This document shows positions 23,375-36,946 of a DNA stretch of 64,000 nucleotides, piece by piece. The position numbers and the translations under genes were made by a program. Source of the DNA: Macrostomum lignano (Eukaryota); NCBI GenBank assembly GCA_002269645.1, contig NIVC01000168.1, positions 124,001-188,000 of the forward strand, in the 5' to 3' direction. Positions within the stretch are counted from its first letter, which is position 1. Each line of letters begins with the position of its first letter. The notes below the pieces were generated by a model. That model was not told where the DNA came from. It saw only the letters and a list, made by a program, of their open reading frames with translations, and searched no databases.

Positions 23375-24150
23375 AGTCAGGGGTCGCTTGCTATCGTTCT
23401 AGAAGTTTAGGGGTCGCTTGACCTCCCCCTCAGAAGTTCAAGGGTCGCTTGACCCCCCCCCTTAGTAGTTCAGGGGTCGCTTGACCTCCCCCTCAGTAGT
23501 TCAAGGGTCGCTTGACCTCCCACTCAGTAGTTAAGGGGTCGCTTGACCTCCCACTCAGTAGTTCAGGGGTCGCTTGACCTCCCACTCAGTAGTTAAGGGG
23601 TCGCTTGACCTCCCACTCAGTAGTTCAAGGGTCGCTTGACCTCCCACTCAGTAGTTCAGGGGTCGCTTGACCTCCCCCTCAGTAGTTCAAGGGTCGCTTG
23701 ACCTCCCACTCAGTAGTTCAAGGGTCGCTTGACCTCCCCCTTAGTCCTTAGTAGTTAAGGGGTCGCTTGACCTCCCCCTTAGTAGTTCAAGGGTCGCTTG
23801 ACCTCCCACTCAGTAGTTCAGGGGTCGCTTGACCTCCCACTCAGTAGTTCAGGGGTCGCTTGACCTCCCCCTCAGTAGTTCAAGGGTCGCTTGACCTCCC
23901 CCTCAGTAGTTCAAGGGTCGCTTGACCTCCTCCTTAGTCCTTAGTAGTTCAGGGGTCGCTTGACCTCCCACTCAGTAGTTCAGGGGTCGCTTGACCTCCC
24001 ACTCAGTAGTTCAAGGGTCGCTTGACCTCCTCCTTAGTCCTTAGTAGTTCAGGGGTCGCTTGACCTCCCCCCTTAGTAGTTCAGGGGTCGCTTGTCCCCC
24101 TCTTAGTAGTTCAGGGGTCACAACCTCCCCAATAGTACAAGGGTCACTTG
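23375..24150. repeat. 31-bp minisatellite TCAGTAGTTCAGGGGTCGCTTGACCTCCCAC
   Basis: Read directly. Confidence 0.95.
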
Positions 24151-24957
24151 ACCTCTCCCCCTTCCGAGTAAATTTGAATTATTGTGTGTAACTTTACAGG
24201 GTCAATAATCTAATATGTGCACTTTTATCGTTAGTGCACTGGCTCCTCTAGAATTTAAAAGTGCATTATTAGTCTGCACAGATAGTTTAGTAGGGTACCT
24301 ATTCCGCGTGTGTTAGCATTATTTAGAATTTTTATTGTGTGCAAATCACTAAATATTATTCCGTGCCATTGTAATGCAAATTGTAAGAGAATTATTTCTA
24401 ATCATGGCAATATTGTCAGACGTTTTTAAAAACCTAAATATTGACATTAATTTGTATTCACTTTGCCCAGTTCCAATTTCTCTTGGCAATTAATTTTTTG
24501 TATTTGAAAGGGTTTCTATAAATATTTTACTGCGATAATTCTATTTATATCCGATATAAATTTATTGCAATCTTATTCATTTTTAACTCGTGTCTCACAC
24601 AACTGAGAGAGCAAATATTATTTTGTTATATTTGCGATTTTTAAACGGATTTTTATTAATAATAATAATAACTCTATACTACTACTTCAGTGTGTCCGTA
24701 TATTTTGCGAATATATATGCTTATATGGTTAATCAGCTGTCTGTAAAAGCGCTGACTGACCTGAGTTGACAGCTGTTGTGTTGCGCGTCTGGTCGCTTAT
24801 TTTGAGAAACGAATTTAAACAAAATGTTTTCCTTGTCTCTCTTCATTTTTGTGAGGTTTTTCAGCTTGCAAACTGAATATTGGCGGGGCTGTTTTACGAT
24901 TTGGAAATGTCAAGCCTCTGAAAGTCACCTCTTCATGGCACAGTTTCTGGTGCGGGC

Positions 24958-25332
24958 GCCCCTGGTGCTAAAGCCCATGGTGCTAAAGCCCTTGGTGCTA
25001 AAGCCCCTGGTGGTAAAGCCCCTGGTGCTATAGACCCTGGTGCTATAGACCCTGGTGCTAAAGCCCCTGGTGCTAAAGCCCCTTGGTGCTAAAGCCCCTG
25101 GTGCTAAAGCCCTTTGTGGTAAAGCCTTGGTGCTAAAGCCCCTGGTGCTAAAGCCCATGGTGCTAAAGCCCCTGGTGCTAAAGCCACTAGTGCTAAAGCC
25201 CTGGTGCTAAAGCCCTTGGTGCTAAAGCCCCTGGTGCTAAAGCCCTGGTGCTAAAGCCCCTGGTGCTAAAGCCCCTGGTGCCCTGGTGCTAAAGCCCTGG
25301 TGCTAAACCCTGGTGCTGAAGCCCTGGTTCTA
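24958..25332. repeat. 15-bp minisatellite CCCCTGGTGCTAAAG, locus 1 of 4
   Basis: Same unit at 39074-39302, 48708-49402 and 62497-62601. Confidence 0.95.
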
Positions 25333-25819
25333 AAGCGACATCTGACAATCAATCAAACGTGTCGTGAGCTCAGCGCACAGAAAAACAAAGAAGTTTGGCA
25401 GTAATGAGGGAGGCCCTGTCATATAGTAAAGAATCAATTACATTTGACTCGGCAGGGTCAAACAAAAAGAGTGCGCCCACCCTACAGTATGTTGTCCAAT
25501 TCTGTTTAGCTATCAACCAGCTGCTTAGCTCGACTGCATGGGCGGTGCGATGACACATGCAGCGCGTGGGCGTATTTTTTTTAGTGAGAAACTGCTCTCG
25601 CTTTCTTGCGTATAGATAAAATCCCATGCCTTCAGTGGACATTTCTTCCCTTTAATTGACTGGTTGCACAGCTTGGCCATGTGCGTGGGAGGCTGGCACT
25701 TTGGGAGCTCTTTCAACAGCAGTGTCAACTTCATCCCATTCCTTTGATCCCCTCTTTGTCGCCTCCTTGTCTCAACTATCTTGTCTATCCCGTCTCATCC
25801 GTCTGCTCACCCCTCTGCC

Positions 25820-28800
25820 CAATACTCTGCTACATCCTGTCTGTTTCATCCTCTGCTTCATCCTCTGCTTCATCCTCTGCTTTATCCTCTGCTTTATCCT
25901 CTGCTTCATCCTCTGCTTTATCCTCTGCTTCATCCTCTGCTTTATCCTCTGCTTCATCCTCTGCTTTATCCTCTGCTTTATCCTCTGCTTCATCCTCTGC
26001 TTTATCCTCTGCTTCATCCTCTGCTTTATCCTCTGCTTCATCCTCTGCTTTATCCTCTGCTTTATCCTCTGCTTCATCCTCTGCTTTATCCTCTGCTTTA
26101 TCCTCTGCTTCATCCTCTGCTTCATCCTCTGCTTCATCCTCTGCTTCATCCTGTGTGTCTCATCCTCTGCTTTATCCTCTGCTTTATCCTCTGCTTTATC
26201 CTCTGCTTCATCCTCTGCTTCATCCTCTGCTTCATCCTGTGTGTCTCATCCTCTGCTTCATCCTGTGTGTCTTATCCTCTGCTTCATCCTGTGTGTCTCA
26301 TCCTCTGCTTCATCCTGTGTGTCTCATCCTCTGCTTCATCCTGTGTGTCTCATCCTCTGCTTCATCCTGTGTGTCTCATCCTCTGCTTCATCCTGTGTGT
26401 CTCATCCTCTGCTTCATCCTGTCTGTCTCATCCTCTGCTTCATCCTGTGTGTCTCATCCTCTGCTTCATCCTCTGCTTCATAAATCGTGACTTTGACAAT
26501 CGGCACTGTGTGTCTCATCCTCTGCTTCATCCTGTCTGTCTCATCCTCTGCTTCATCCTGTCTGTCTCATCCTCTGCTTCATCCTGTCTGTCTCATCCTC
26601 TGCTTCATCCTGTGTGTCTCATCCTCTGCTTCATCCTGTGTGTCTCATCCTCTGCTTCATCCTGTCTGTCTCATCCTCTGCTTCATCCTGTGTGTCTCAT
26701 CCTCTGCTTCATCCTGTGTGTCTCATCCTCTGCTTCATCCTGTGTGTCTCATCCTCTGCTTCATCCTGTGTGTCTCATCCTCTGCTTCATCCTGTGTGTC
26801 TCATCCTCTGCTTCATCCTGTGTGTCTCATCCTCTGCTTCATCCTGTGTGTCTCATCCTCTGCTTCATCCTGTGTGTCTCATCCTCTGCTTCATCCTGTC
26901 GGTTTCATCCTCTACTTCATCCTGTGTGTCTCATCCTCTGCTTCATCCTGTGTGTCTCATCCTCTGCTTCATCCTGTCTGTCTCATCCTCTGCTTCATCC
27001 TCTGCTTCATCCTGTGTGTCTCATCCTCTGCTTCATCCTCTGCTTCATCCTGTGTGTCTCATCCTCTGCTTCATCCTCTGCTTCATCCTGTGTGTCTCAT
27101 CCTCTGCTTCATCCTCTGCTTCATCCTGTGTGTCTCGTCCTCTGCTTCATCCTGTGTGTCTCATCCTCAGCTTCATCCTCTGCTTCATCCTGTGCGTCTC
27201 ATCCTCTGCTTCATCCTGTCTGTCTCATCCTCTGCTTCATCCTCTGCTTCATCCTGTGTGTCTCATCCTCTGCTTCATCCTCTGCTTCATCCTGTGTGTC
27301 TCAACCTCTGCTTCATCCTGTGTGTCTCATCCTCTGCTTCATCCTGTGTGTCTCATCCTCTGCTTCATCCTGTCTGTCTCATCCTCTGCTTCATCCTCTG
27401 CTTCATCCTGTGTGTCTCATCCTCTGCTTCATCCTGTGTGTCTCATCCTCTGCTTCATCCTGTGTGTCTCATCCTCTGCTTCATCCTGTGTGTCTCATCC
27501 TCTGCTTCATCCTGTGTGTCTCATCCTCTGCTTCATCCTGTGTGTCTCATCCTCTGCTTCATCCTGTGTGTCTCATCCTCTGCTTCATCCTGTGTGTCTC
27601 ATCCTCAGCTTCATCCTCTGCTTCATCCTGTGTGTCTCAACCTCTGCTTCATCCTGTGTGTCTCATCCTCTGCTTCATCCTGTGTGTCTCATCCTCTGCT
27701 TCATCCTGTCTGTCTCATCCTCTGCTTCATCCTCTGCTTCATCCTGTGTGTCTCATCCTCTGCTTCATCCTGTGTGTCTCATCCTCTGCTTCATCCTGTG
27801 TGTCTCATCCTCTGCTTCATCCTGTGTGTCTCATCCTCTGCTTCATCCTGTGTGTCTCATCCTCTGCTTCATCCTGTATGTCTCATCCTCTGCTTCATCC
27901 TGTGTGTCTCATCCTCTGCTTCATCCTGTGTGTCTCATCCTCTGCTTCATCCTGTGTGTCTCATCCTCTGCTTCATCCTGTGTGTCTCATCCTCTGCTTC
28001 ATCCTGTGTGTCTCATCCTCTGCTTCATCCTGTGTGTCTCATCCTGTGTGTCTCATTCTCTGCTTCATCTTGTGTGTCCCACCCTTTTTCTCATCCTCTG
28101 CTACACCCTCTGTCTCACTCTGTCTCATCCTCTGTCTTACCCTCTATCTCATTGTTTGTCCTTTCCTTTGCCGCACCGCAGAAACGCTACAACCCTGCAC
28201 TTTTATATATTGACGGTAAATCTAGGCCAAACAATTATAAGGTATGACTAATATTTTCTACAAAAATTCGTACAAATTTACAGTTGATTGAACTCAAAAA
28301 ATAGTCTATGAGTCCGCATGAAGCCCCCTACCCCGTCGTAGTCACATTTAGTGATTAAAGCATGTTGGATATGTTTTGGGAGCAGGGGGGTGGGGGGAAC
28401 CTAAGGGCTAGAATCTAGATTAGGCTAGTGCTGAGGGGAGTACAGCGCATGCAGATGACCACCAGCCAAGGGTTGGGGCGCCAGACAGACAGGCCAGGCA
28501 GACTGAGGAATGGGGTGTGGGGTGAGCGTGGGAGAGAGTGTTTCTAGGAAGTGCACGTGGTGGGGAAGTGGGAAATGCGGCGCTCATGGAGACCGAAACA
28601 GAGAACTCTCTGGATTGCCCAACTCATCAACAAGCACGAGATTTTAGCACCAATAATGATAATAACAATTGATTACACCTGACAGCTCAGCCGCAGCTAT
28701 TGCGCGACGCATCTGAAGGCTGCCAAATATAGCGCCACAGGACCAGATTTTAGAACCATTTCCTCCTCTGCTTCATACTGTGTGTCTCATCCTCTGCTTC

Positions 28801-31800
28801 ATCCTGTGTGTCTCATCCTCTGCTTCATCCTGTGTGTCTCATCCTCTGCTTCATCCTGTGTGTCTCATCCTCTGCTTCATCCTGTGTGTCTCATCCTCTG
28901 CTTCATCCTGTGTGTCTCATCCTCTGCTTCATCCTGTGTGTCTCATCCTCTGCTTCATCCTGTGTGTCTCATCCTCTGCTTCATCCTGTGTGTCTCATCC
29001 TCTGCTTCATCCTGTGTGTCTCATCCTCTGCTTCATCCTGTGTGTCTCATCCTCTGCTTCATCCTGTGTGTCTCATCCTCTGCTTCATCCTGTGTGTCTC
29101 ATCCTCTGCTTCATCATGTGTGTCGTCTCATCCTCTGCTTCATCCTGTGTGTCTCATCCTCTGCTTCATCCTGTGTGTCTCATCCTCGGCTTCATCCTGT
29201 GTGTCTCATCCTCTGCTTCATCATGTGTGTCTCATCCTCTGCTTCATCATGTGTGTCTCATCCTCTGCTTCATCCTGTGTGTCTCATCCTCTGCTTCATC
29301 CTGTGTGTCTCATCCTCTGCTTCATCCTGTGTGTCTCATCCTCTGCTTCATCCTGTGTGTCTCATCCTCTGCTTTATCCTCTGCTTCATCCTCTGTTTTA
29401 TCCTCTGCTTCATCCTCTGCTTCATCCTATGCTTCATCCTGTGTGTCTCATCCTCTGCTTCATCCTGTGTGTCTCATCCTCTGCTTCATCCTGTGTGTCT
29501 CATCCTCTGCTTCATCCTGTGTGTCTCATCCTCTGCTTCATCATGTGTGTCTCATCCTCTGCTTCATCATGTGTGTCTCATCCTCTGCTTCATCATGTGT
29601 GTCTCATCCTCTGCTTCATCATGTGTGTCTCATCCTCTGCTTCATCCTGTGTGTCTCATCCTCTGCTTCATCCTGTCTGTCTCATCCTCTGCTTCATCCT
29701 GTGTGTCTCATCCTCTGCTTCATCCTGTGTGTCTCATCCTCTGCTTCATCCTGTGTGTCTCATCCTCCGCTTCATCCTGTGTGTCTCATCCTCTGCTTCA
29801 TCCTGTCTGTCTCATCCCCTGCTTCATCCTGTGTGTCTCATCCTCTGCTTTATCCTCTGCTTCATCCTCTGTTTTATCCTCTGCTTCATCCTCTGCTTCA
29901 TCCTGTGTGTCTCATCCTCTGCTTCATCCTGTGTGTCTCATCCTCTGCTTCATCCTGTGTGTCTCATCCTCTGCTTCATCCTGTGTGTCTCATCCTCTGC
30001 TTCATCCTGTGTGTCTCATTCTCTGCTTCATCTTGTGTGTCCCACCCTTTTTCTCATCCTCTGCTACACCCTCTGTCTCACTCTGTCTCATCCTCTGTCT
30101 TACCCTCTATCTCATTGTTTGTCCTTTCCTTTGCCGCACCGCAGAAACGCTACAACCCTGCACTTTTATATATTGACGGTAAATCTAGGCCAAACAATTA
30201 TAAGGTATGACTAATATTTTCTACAAAAATTCGTACAAATTTACAGTTGATTGAACTCAAAAAATAGTCTATGAGTCCGCATGAAGCCCCTACCCCGTCG
30301 TAGTCACATTTAGTGATTAAAGCATGTTGGATATGTTTTGGGAGCAGGGGGGTGGGGGGAACCTAAGGGCTAGAATCTAGATTAGGCTAGTGCTGAGGGG
30401 AGTACAGCGCATGCAGATGACCACCAGCCAAGGGTTGGGGCGCCAGACAGACAGGCCAGGCAGACTGAGGAATGGGGTGTGGGGTGAGCGTGGGAGAGAG
30501 TGTTTCTAGGAAGTGCACGTGGTGGGGAAGTGGGAAATGCGGCGCTCATGGAGACCGAAACAGAGAACTCTCTGGATTGCCCAACTCATCAACAAGCACG
30601 AGATTTTAGCACCAATAATGATAATAACAATTGATTACACCTGACAGCTCAGCCGCAGCTATTGCGCGACGCATCTGAAGGCTGCCAAATATAGCGCCAC
30701 AGGACCAGATTTTAGAACCATTTCCTCCTCTGCTTCATCCTGTGTGTCTCATCCTCTGCTTCATCCTGTGTGTCTCATCCTCTGCTTCATCCTGTGTGTC
30801 TCATCCTCTGCTTCATCCTGTGTGTCTCATCCTCTGCTTCATCCTGTGTGTCTCATCCTCTGCTTCATCCTGTGTGTCTCATCCTCTGCTTCATCCTGTG
30901 TGTCTCATCCTCTGCTTCATCCTGTGTGTCTCATCCTCTGCTTCATCCTGTGTGTCTCATCCTCTGCTTCATCCTGTGTGTCTCATCCTCTGCTTCATCC
31001 TGTGTGTCTCATCCTCTGCTTCATCCTGTGTGTCTCATCCTCTGCTTCATCCTGTGTGTCTCATCCTCTGCTTCATCCTGTGTGTCTCATCCTCTGCTTC
31101 ATCATGTGTGTCGTCTCATCCTCTGCTTCATCCTGTGTGTCTCATCCTCTGCTTCATCCTGTGTGTCTCATCCTCGGCTTCATCCTGTGTGTCTCATCCT
31201 CTGCTTCATCATGTGTGTCTCATCCTCTGCTTCATCATGTGTGTCTCATCCTCTGCTTCATCCTGTGTGTCTCATCCTCTGCTTCATCCTGTGTGTCTCA
31301 TCCTCTGCTTCATCCTGTGTGTCTCATCCTCTGCTTCATCCTGTGTGTCTCATCCTCTGCTTTATCCTCTGCTTCATCCTCTGTTTTATCCTCTGCTTCA
31401 TCCTCTGCTTCATCCTCTGCTTCATCCTGTGTGTCTCATCCTCTGCTTCATCCTGTGTGTCTCATCCTCTGCTTCATCCTGTGTGTCTCATCCTCTGCTT
31501 CATCCTGTGTGTCTCATCCTCTGCTTCATCATGTGTGTCTCATCCTCTGCTTCATCATGTGTGTCTCATCCTCTGCTTCATCATGTGTGTCTCATCCTCT
31601 GCTTCATCATGTGTGTCTCATCCTCTGCTTCATCCTGTGTGTCTCATCCTCTGCTTCATCCTGTGTGTCTCATCCTCTGCTTCATCCTGTCTGTCTCATC
31701 CTCTGCTTCATCCTGTGTGTCTCATCCTCTGCTTCATCCTGTGTGTCTCATCCTCTGCTTCATCCTGTGTGTCTCATCCTCCGCTTCATCCTGTGTGTCT

Positions 31801-33000
31801 CATCCTCTGCTTCATCCTGTCTGTCTCATCCCCTGCTTCATCGTGTGTGTCTCATCCTCTGCTTTATCCTCTGCTTCATCCTCTGTTTTATCCTCTGCTT
31901 CATCCTCTGCTTCATCCTCTGCTTCATCCTCTGCTTCATCCTGTGTGTCTCATCCTCTGCTTCATCGTGTGTGTCTCATCATCTGATTCATCCTGTGTGT
32001 CTCATCCTCTGCTTTATCCTCTGCTTTATCCTCTGCTTCATCCTCTGCTTTATCCTCTGCTTTATCCTCTGCTTCATCCTCTGCTTTATCCTCTGCTTTA
32101 TCCTCTGCTTCATCCTCTGCTTCATCCTCTGCTTCATCCTCTGCTTCATCCTGTGTGTCTCATCCTCTGCTTTATCCTCTGCTTTATCCTCTGCTTTATC
32201 CTCTGCTTCATCCTCTGCTTCATCCTCTGCTTCATCCTTTGTGTCTCATCCTCTGCTTCATCCTGTGTGTCTCATCCTCTGCTTCATCCTGTGTGTCTCA
32301 TCCTCTGCTTCATCCTGTGTGTCTCATCCTCTGCTTCATCCTGTGTGTCTCATCCTCTGCTTCATCCTGTGTGTCTCATCCTCTGCTTCATCCTGTGTGT
32401 CTCATCCTCTGCTTCATCCTGTGTGTCTCATCCTCTGCTTCATCCTGTGTGTCTCATCCTCTGCTTCATCCTGTGTGTCTCATCCTCTGCTTCATCTTGT
32501 GTGTCTCATCCTCTGCTTCATCTTGTGTGTCTCATCCTCTGCTTCATCCTGTGTGTCTCATCCTCTGCTTCATCCTGTGTGTCTCATCCTCTGCTTCATC
32601 CTGTGTGTCTCATCCTCTGCTTCATCCTGTGTGTCTCATCCTCTGCTTCATCCTGTGTGTCTCATCCTCTGCTTCATCCTGTGTGTCTCATCCTCTGCTT
32701 CATCCTGTGTGTCTCATCCTCTGCTTCATCCTGTGTGTCTCATCCTCTGCTTCATCCTGTGTGTCTCATCCTCTGCTTCATCCTGTCTGTCTCATCCCCT
32801 GCTTCATCTTGTGTGTCTCATCCTCTGCTTCATCCTGTGTGTCTCATCCCCTGCTTCATCCTGTGTGTCTCATCCTCTGCTTCATCCTGTGTGTCTCATC
32901 CTCTGCTTCATCCTGTGTGTCTCATCCTCTGCTTCATCCTGTGTGTCTCATCCTCTGCTTCATCCTGTGTGTCTCATCCTCTGCTTCATCCTGTGTGTCT
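25820..33000. repeat. Composite minisatellite of 12-mer CATCCTCTGCTT and 14-mer CATCCTGTGTGTCT (mostly a 26-bp dimer), interrupted by a repeated 708-bp block
   Basis: Read directly; produces the spurious 400-800 aa ORFs. Confidence 0.98.
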
Positions 33001-33708
33001 CATTCTCTGCTTCATCTTGTGTGTCCCACCCTTTTTCTCATCCTCTGCTACACCCTCTGTCTCACTCTGTCTCATCCTCTGTCTTACCCTCTATCTCATT
33101 GTTTGTCCTTTCCTTTGCCGCACCGCAGAAACGCTACAACCCTGCACTTTTATATATTGACGGTAAATCTAGGCCAAACAATTATAAGGTATGACTAATA
33201 TTTTCTACAAAAATTCGTACAAATTTACAGTTGATTGAACTCAAAAAATAGTCTATGAGTCCGCATGAAGCCCCCTACCCCGTCGTAGTCACATTTAGTG
33301 ATTAAAGCATGTTGGATATGTTTTGGGAGCAGGGGGGTGGGGGGAACCTAAGGGCTAGAATCTAGATTAGGCTAGTGCTGAGGGGAGTACAGCGCATGCA
33401 GATGACCACCAGCCAAGGGTTGGGGCGCCAGACAGACAGGCCAGGCAGACTGAGGAATGGGGTGTGGGGTGAGCGTGGGAGAGAGTGTTTCTAGGAAGTG
33501 CACGTGGTGGGGAAGTGGGAAATGCGGCGCTCATGGAGACCGAAACAGAGAACTCTCTGGATTGCCCAACTCATCAACAAGCACGAGATTTTAGCACCAA
33601 TAATGATAATAACAATTGATTACACCTGACAGCTCAGCCGCAGCTATTGCGCGACGCATCTGAAGGCTGCCAAATATAGCGCCACAGGACCAGATTTTAG
33701 AACCATTT
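28054..33708. repeat. Three direct copies of a ~708-bp block (28054-28761, 30017-30723, 33001-33708)
   Basis: Copies look identical apart from a C5/C4 homopolymer difference in copy 2. Confidence 0.95.
28648..28744 (-). mobile_element. 97-bp 5'-truncated retro-insertion with 9-bp TSD (also at 30610-30706 and 33595-33691)
   Basis: TSD AGATTTTAG at 28639-28647 and 28745-28753; minus strand has GCAGCCTTCAGATGCGTCGCGCAATAGCTG...CAGGTGTAATCAATTGTTATTAT, the same tail as the SINE at 53700. Confidence 0.8.
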
Positions 33709-33879
33709 TGGCAGTGCAAAATAGTCATTCATTTTTTTCTAAAGGTCCTTGACCAACCGTCCTTGACGCTGTCATTGATGCCTTCCCTATTACAGTTGAG
33801 CAATTTTCCGGAGTTGCCCTCAAGCCCTTGCCAAGTCATCGGGTCCATTTGAAACTTTGCAATAACAATTTGGCCTGTC

Positions 33880-34095
33880 CATTGTGTCCTCGTCTCAGCT
33901 CCCTCCTTTTTTCTTCTCTCCTCACCTATTTCCCCTCTCCCCTCTCTCCTCTCTCTCATTTCTCCTCTCTCATCTCTCCTCTCCCCTCTCATCTCCCGTC
34001 TCTTCTCTCCTCCCCTCCTTTCCCTTCCCCTCTTTCATCTCCTCTCTTCCCTCTCCCCTCTCATTATCCCCTCTCCCCTTCTCTCTCTCATCAGT
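33880..34095. repeat. CT-rich low-complexity tract
   Basis: Almost pure pyrimidine on + strand. Confidence 0.9.
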
Positions 34096-34444
34096 AATCA
34101 GTTGCCGACCCCTGCGCGGCCATAAATCGTGACTTTGACAATCGGCACTGCATGCAGATCCCTCGATCAAGATCGCCTTGAATAGGATAGAGAAACAGAG
34201 AGAGGGGGTTCAGTGAATTGAAATTGGCTCGGGGGGGCAGAGGGGTAAAAGCTTTATTGGGAATGGACGAGACCCGAGCTTATGCTATTGGCTGGCTTGG
34301 TTCCGGGTGGGGCTAGAGAAGGGATGACAAACACAAGGGGTTGGTTGGTAGTAGGGAAGTGGGGAAGCACAGTTCAAAGAGCGTATTAAACCCCCCCCAC
34401 CCAACCACACCGAAAAAGCGTTCCGTCAGTTTCCTAATTTAGTG

Positions 34445-34628
34445 TATAAAACTGACTGACTGGACAAGGGCTTAAGGAAGGGAGCAACCCGAACGGAAAG
34501 GTTTAGCTTAAACGGTGGCATCGCGGTTCAAGACTTGCTTCTGTCCTGTAAGGTACGCGTACTACACGTACGAGGGTACTACAGCGTTTTATAGTGGAAG
34601 ACCGGGTCGGATATTAAAACAGGTAAGT
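34445..34628 (+). promoter_or_regulatory. Candidate TATA box (TATAAAA, 34445-34451) and non-coding first exon ending at CAG|GTAAGT (34622/34623) for the plexin
   Basis: Motif spacing plus a consensus donor upstream of the acceptor at 36887; no transcript evidence. Confidence 0.25.
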
Positions 34629-34837
34629 TTCAGTTTGCACTTTTGCAGATGAATAATACTAGTTAGTTAGAACTGATGTCACGTAGTTGAAAACAGCTGT
34701 ACCTGTTTATTATAAACAATTAGTAGTCGAATTACCGTGCATGAGTATGTTGTACTTTGTTGAAATGCTGGAAGTTTTGGATTGACAAGTGAGTAAATTA
34801 GCAATGAGTCATAGAAGTGCATTGCTCCTAACTCGTG

Positions 34838-35177
<340 letters not shown>

Positions 35178-35782
35178 CTTAATTAATAATCTCTCTCTCC
35201 CCACTACCCTTTGTCCGGCCTCAATCATTCCCTGTCTCGGTCGCACTACTATGATGTCAATTCACCAGACTCGATTTAGGAGCAGGCTCACGAGCAAAGC
35301 TAAGCATGGATGACGGGTCTATGAAAGGCAAGATTAGTCTTCAGTCTTTACCATCAGAGCACCTGGCCATCCATCAGGGCGGACACAATAAAGAATGCTA
35401 ATCTAGCTAGCTCACAAGGCTGTGCCGCACGGGTGCCAGGTTAAAAAAGGCCGTACTAAGAGCTCAGCAGCGCCGTTTAATCATCAAGTTTACATCAAAT
35501 CTTTTCCACTATCTACAGAGAGAGGTCTTTCTAATTTCTTTTTATAGCTTTTACAGTTTGGCTTGACTCTGAAGCCAAGGCTTGCAGCGACTGCCCATAG
35601 CATTTACCAGTATTTTCCATCTTCAGCTTTCCGTATACTCGTTACCCCTACCTCACCACTATCTATCTATTCTTGTGTGTATGCTGTTTATTTTCTTAAT
35701 ATGACAAGCGAAATATAGATGTGACTATAAGTGATCGACTACAGATTGACACAGGTCCTATCCAAGGGTTCTATCCCTCCAG

Positions 35783-36316
<534 letters not shown>

Positions 36317-36946
36317 GATCAACTTCACTCCGGTTTGGTCACAGCCAAACAGGCTATTTTTGGTAGCACAGGAATGACGCACAGATTATCTGTGTAACAA
36401 GAGCCAGTAAAATTTTTCGTTGCAAAATATTTTTCAAGTTATTGTTGCCTCGCATCGGAGCTGCTATGACTTACTGACTGTGTTTATTAAACAGACATTG
36501 ACCTCCTCTTTAAGCTGCAGTCGTTAAACTTTCTGCGCAAATTAAAACTATTTATTTGTCGCTGAAAAGCTGCAAGGCTATAGAGCTTGAAGCAAATTAG
36601 TTTTGTCACGGTATAGTTTTTCCACTATAGTCTAGATAGGTTGTGGATTAAAGCAGAGAGAAAGAGAGAGAGAGCCGGGGTGGCGAGTCGTACAGTTAAG
36701 GTTAGGACAGTCTGACACTTCAGCAAAAACCGGTTCAACACCCCAGTGGCATCATAAAAGCTAGAAGCTTCAGCGATAGAGTGCAACAATTTAAATAGTA
36801 ATTAGCATTTGCATTAGTCATTGCTAATTAGCTCGGATAAAAATACTTCATTCGTAATTTACTTGCCTTGCCGTTTAACTATTTCAGAGATGAATCCAAG
36901 GAAACAGTTGTTCAAACTGTCTTCAAATTGTCTTTAGCGCGGCGTT

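Noticed and set aside
25656-33198. ORFs of 270-816 aa (HPLLHPVCLILCFIL...)
   Set aside because: Translations of a stop-free 12/14-bp satellite, open in all three frames.
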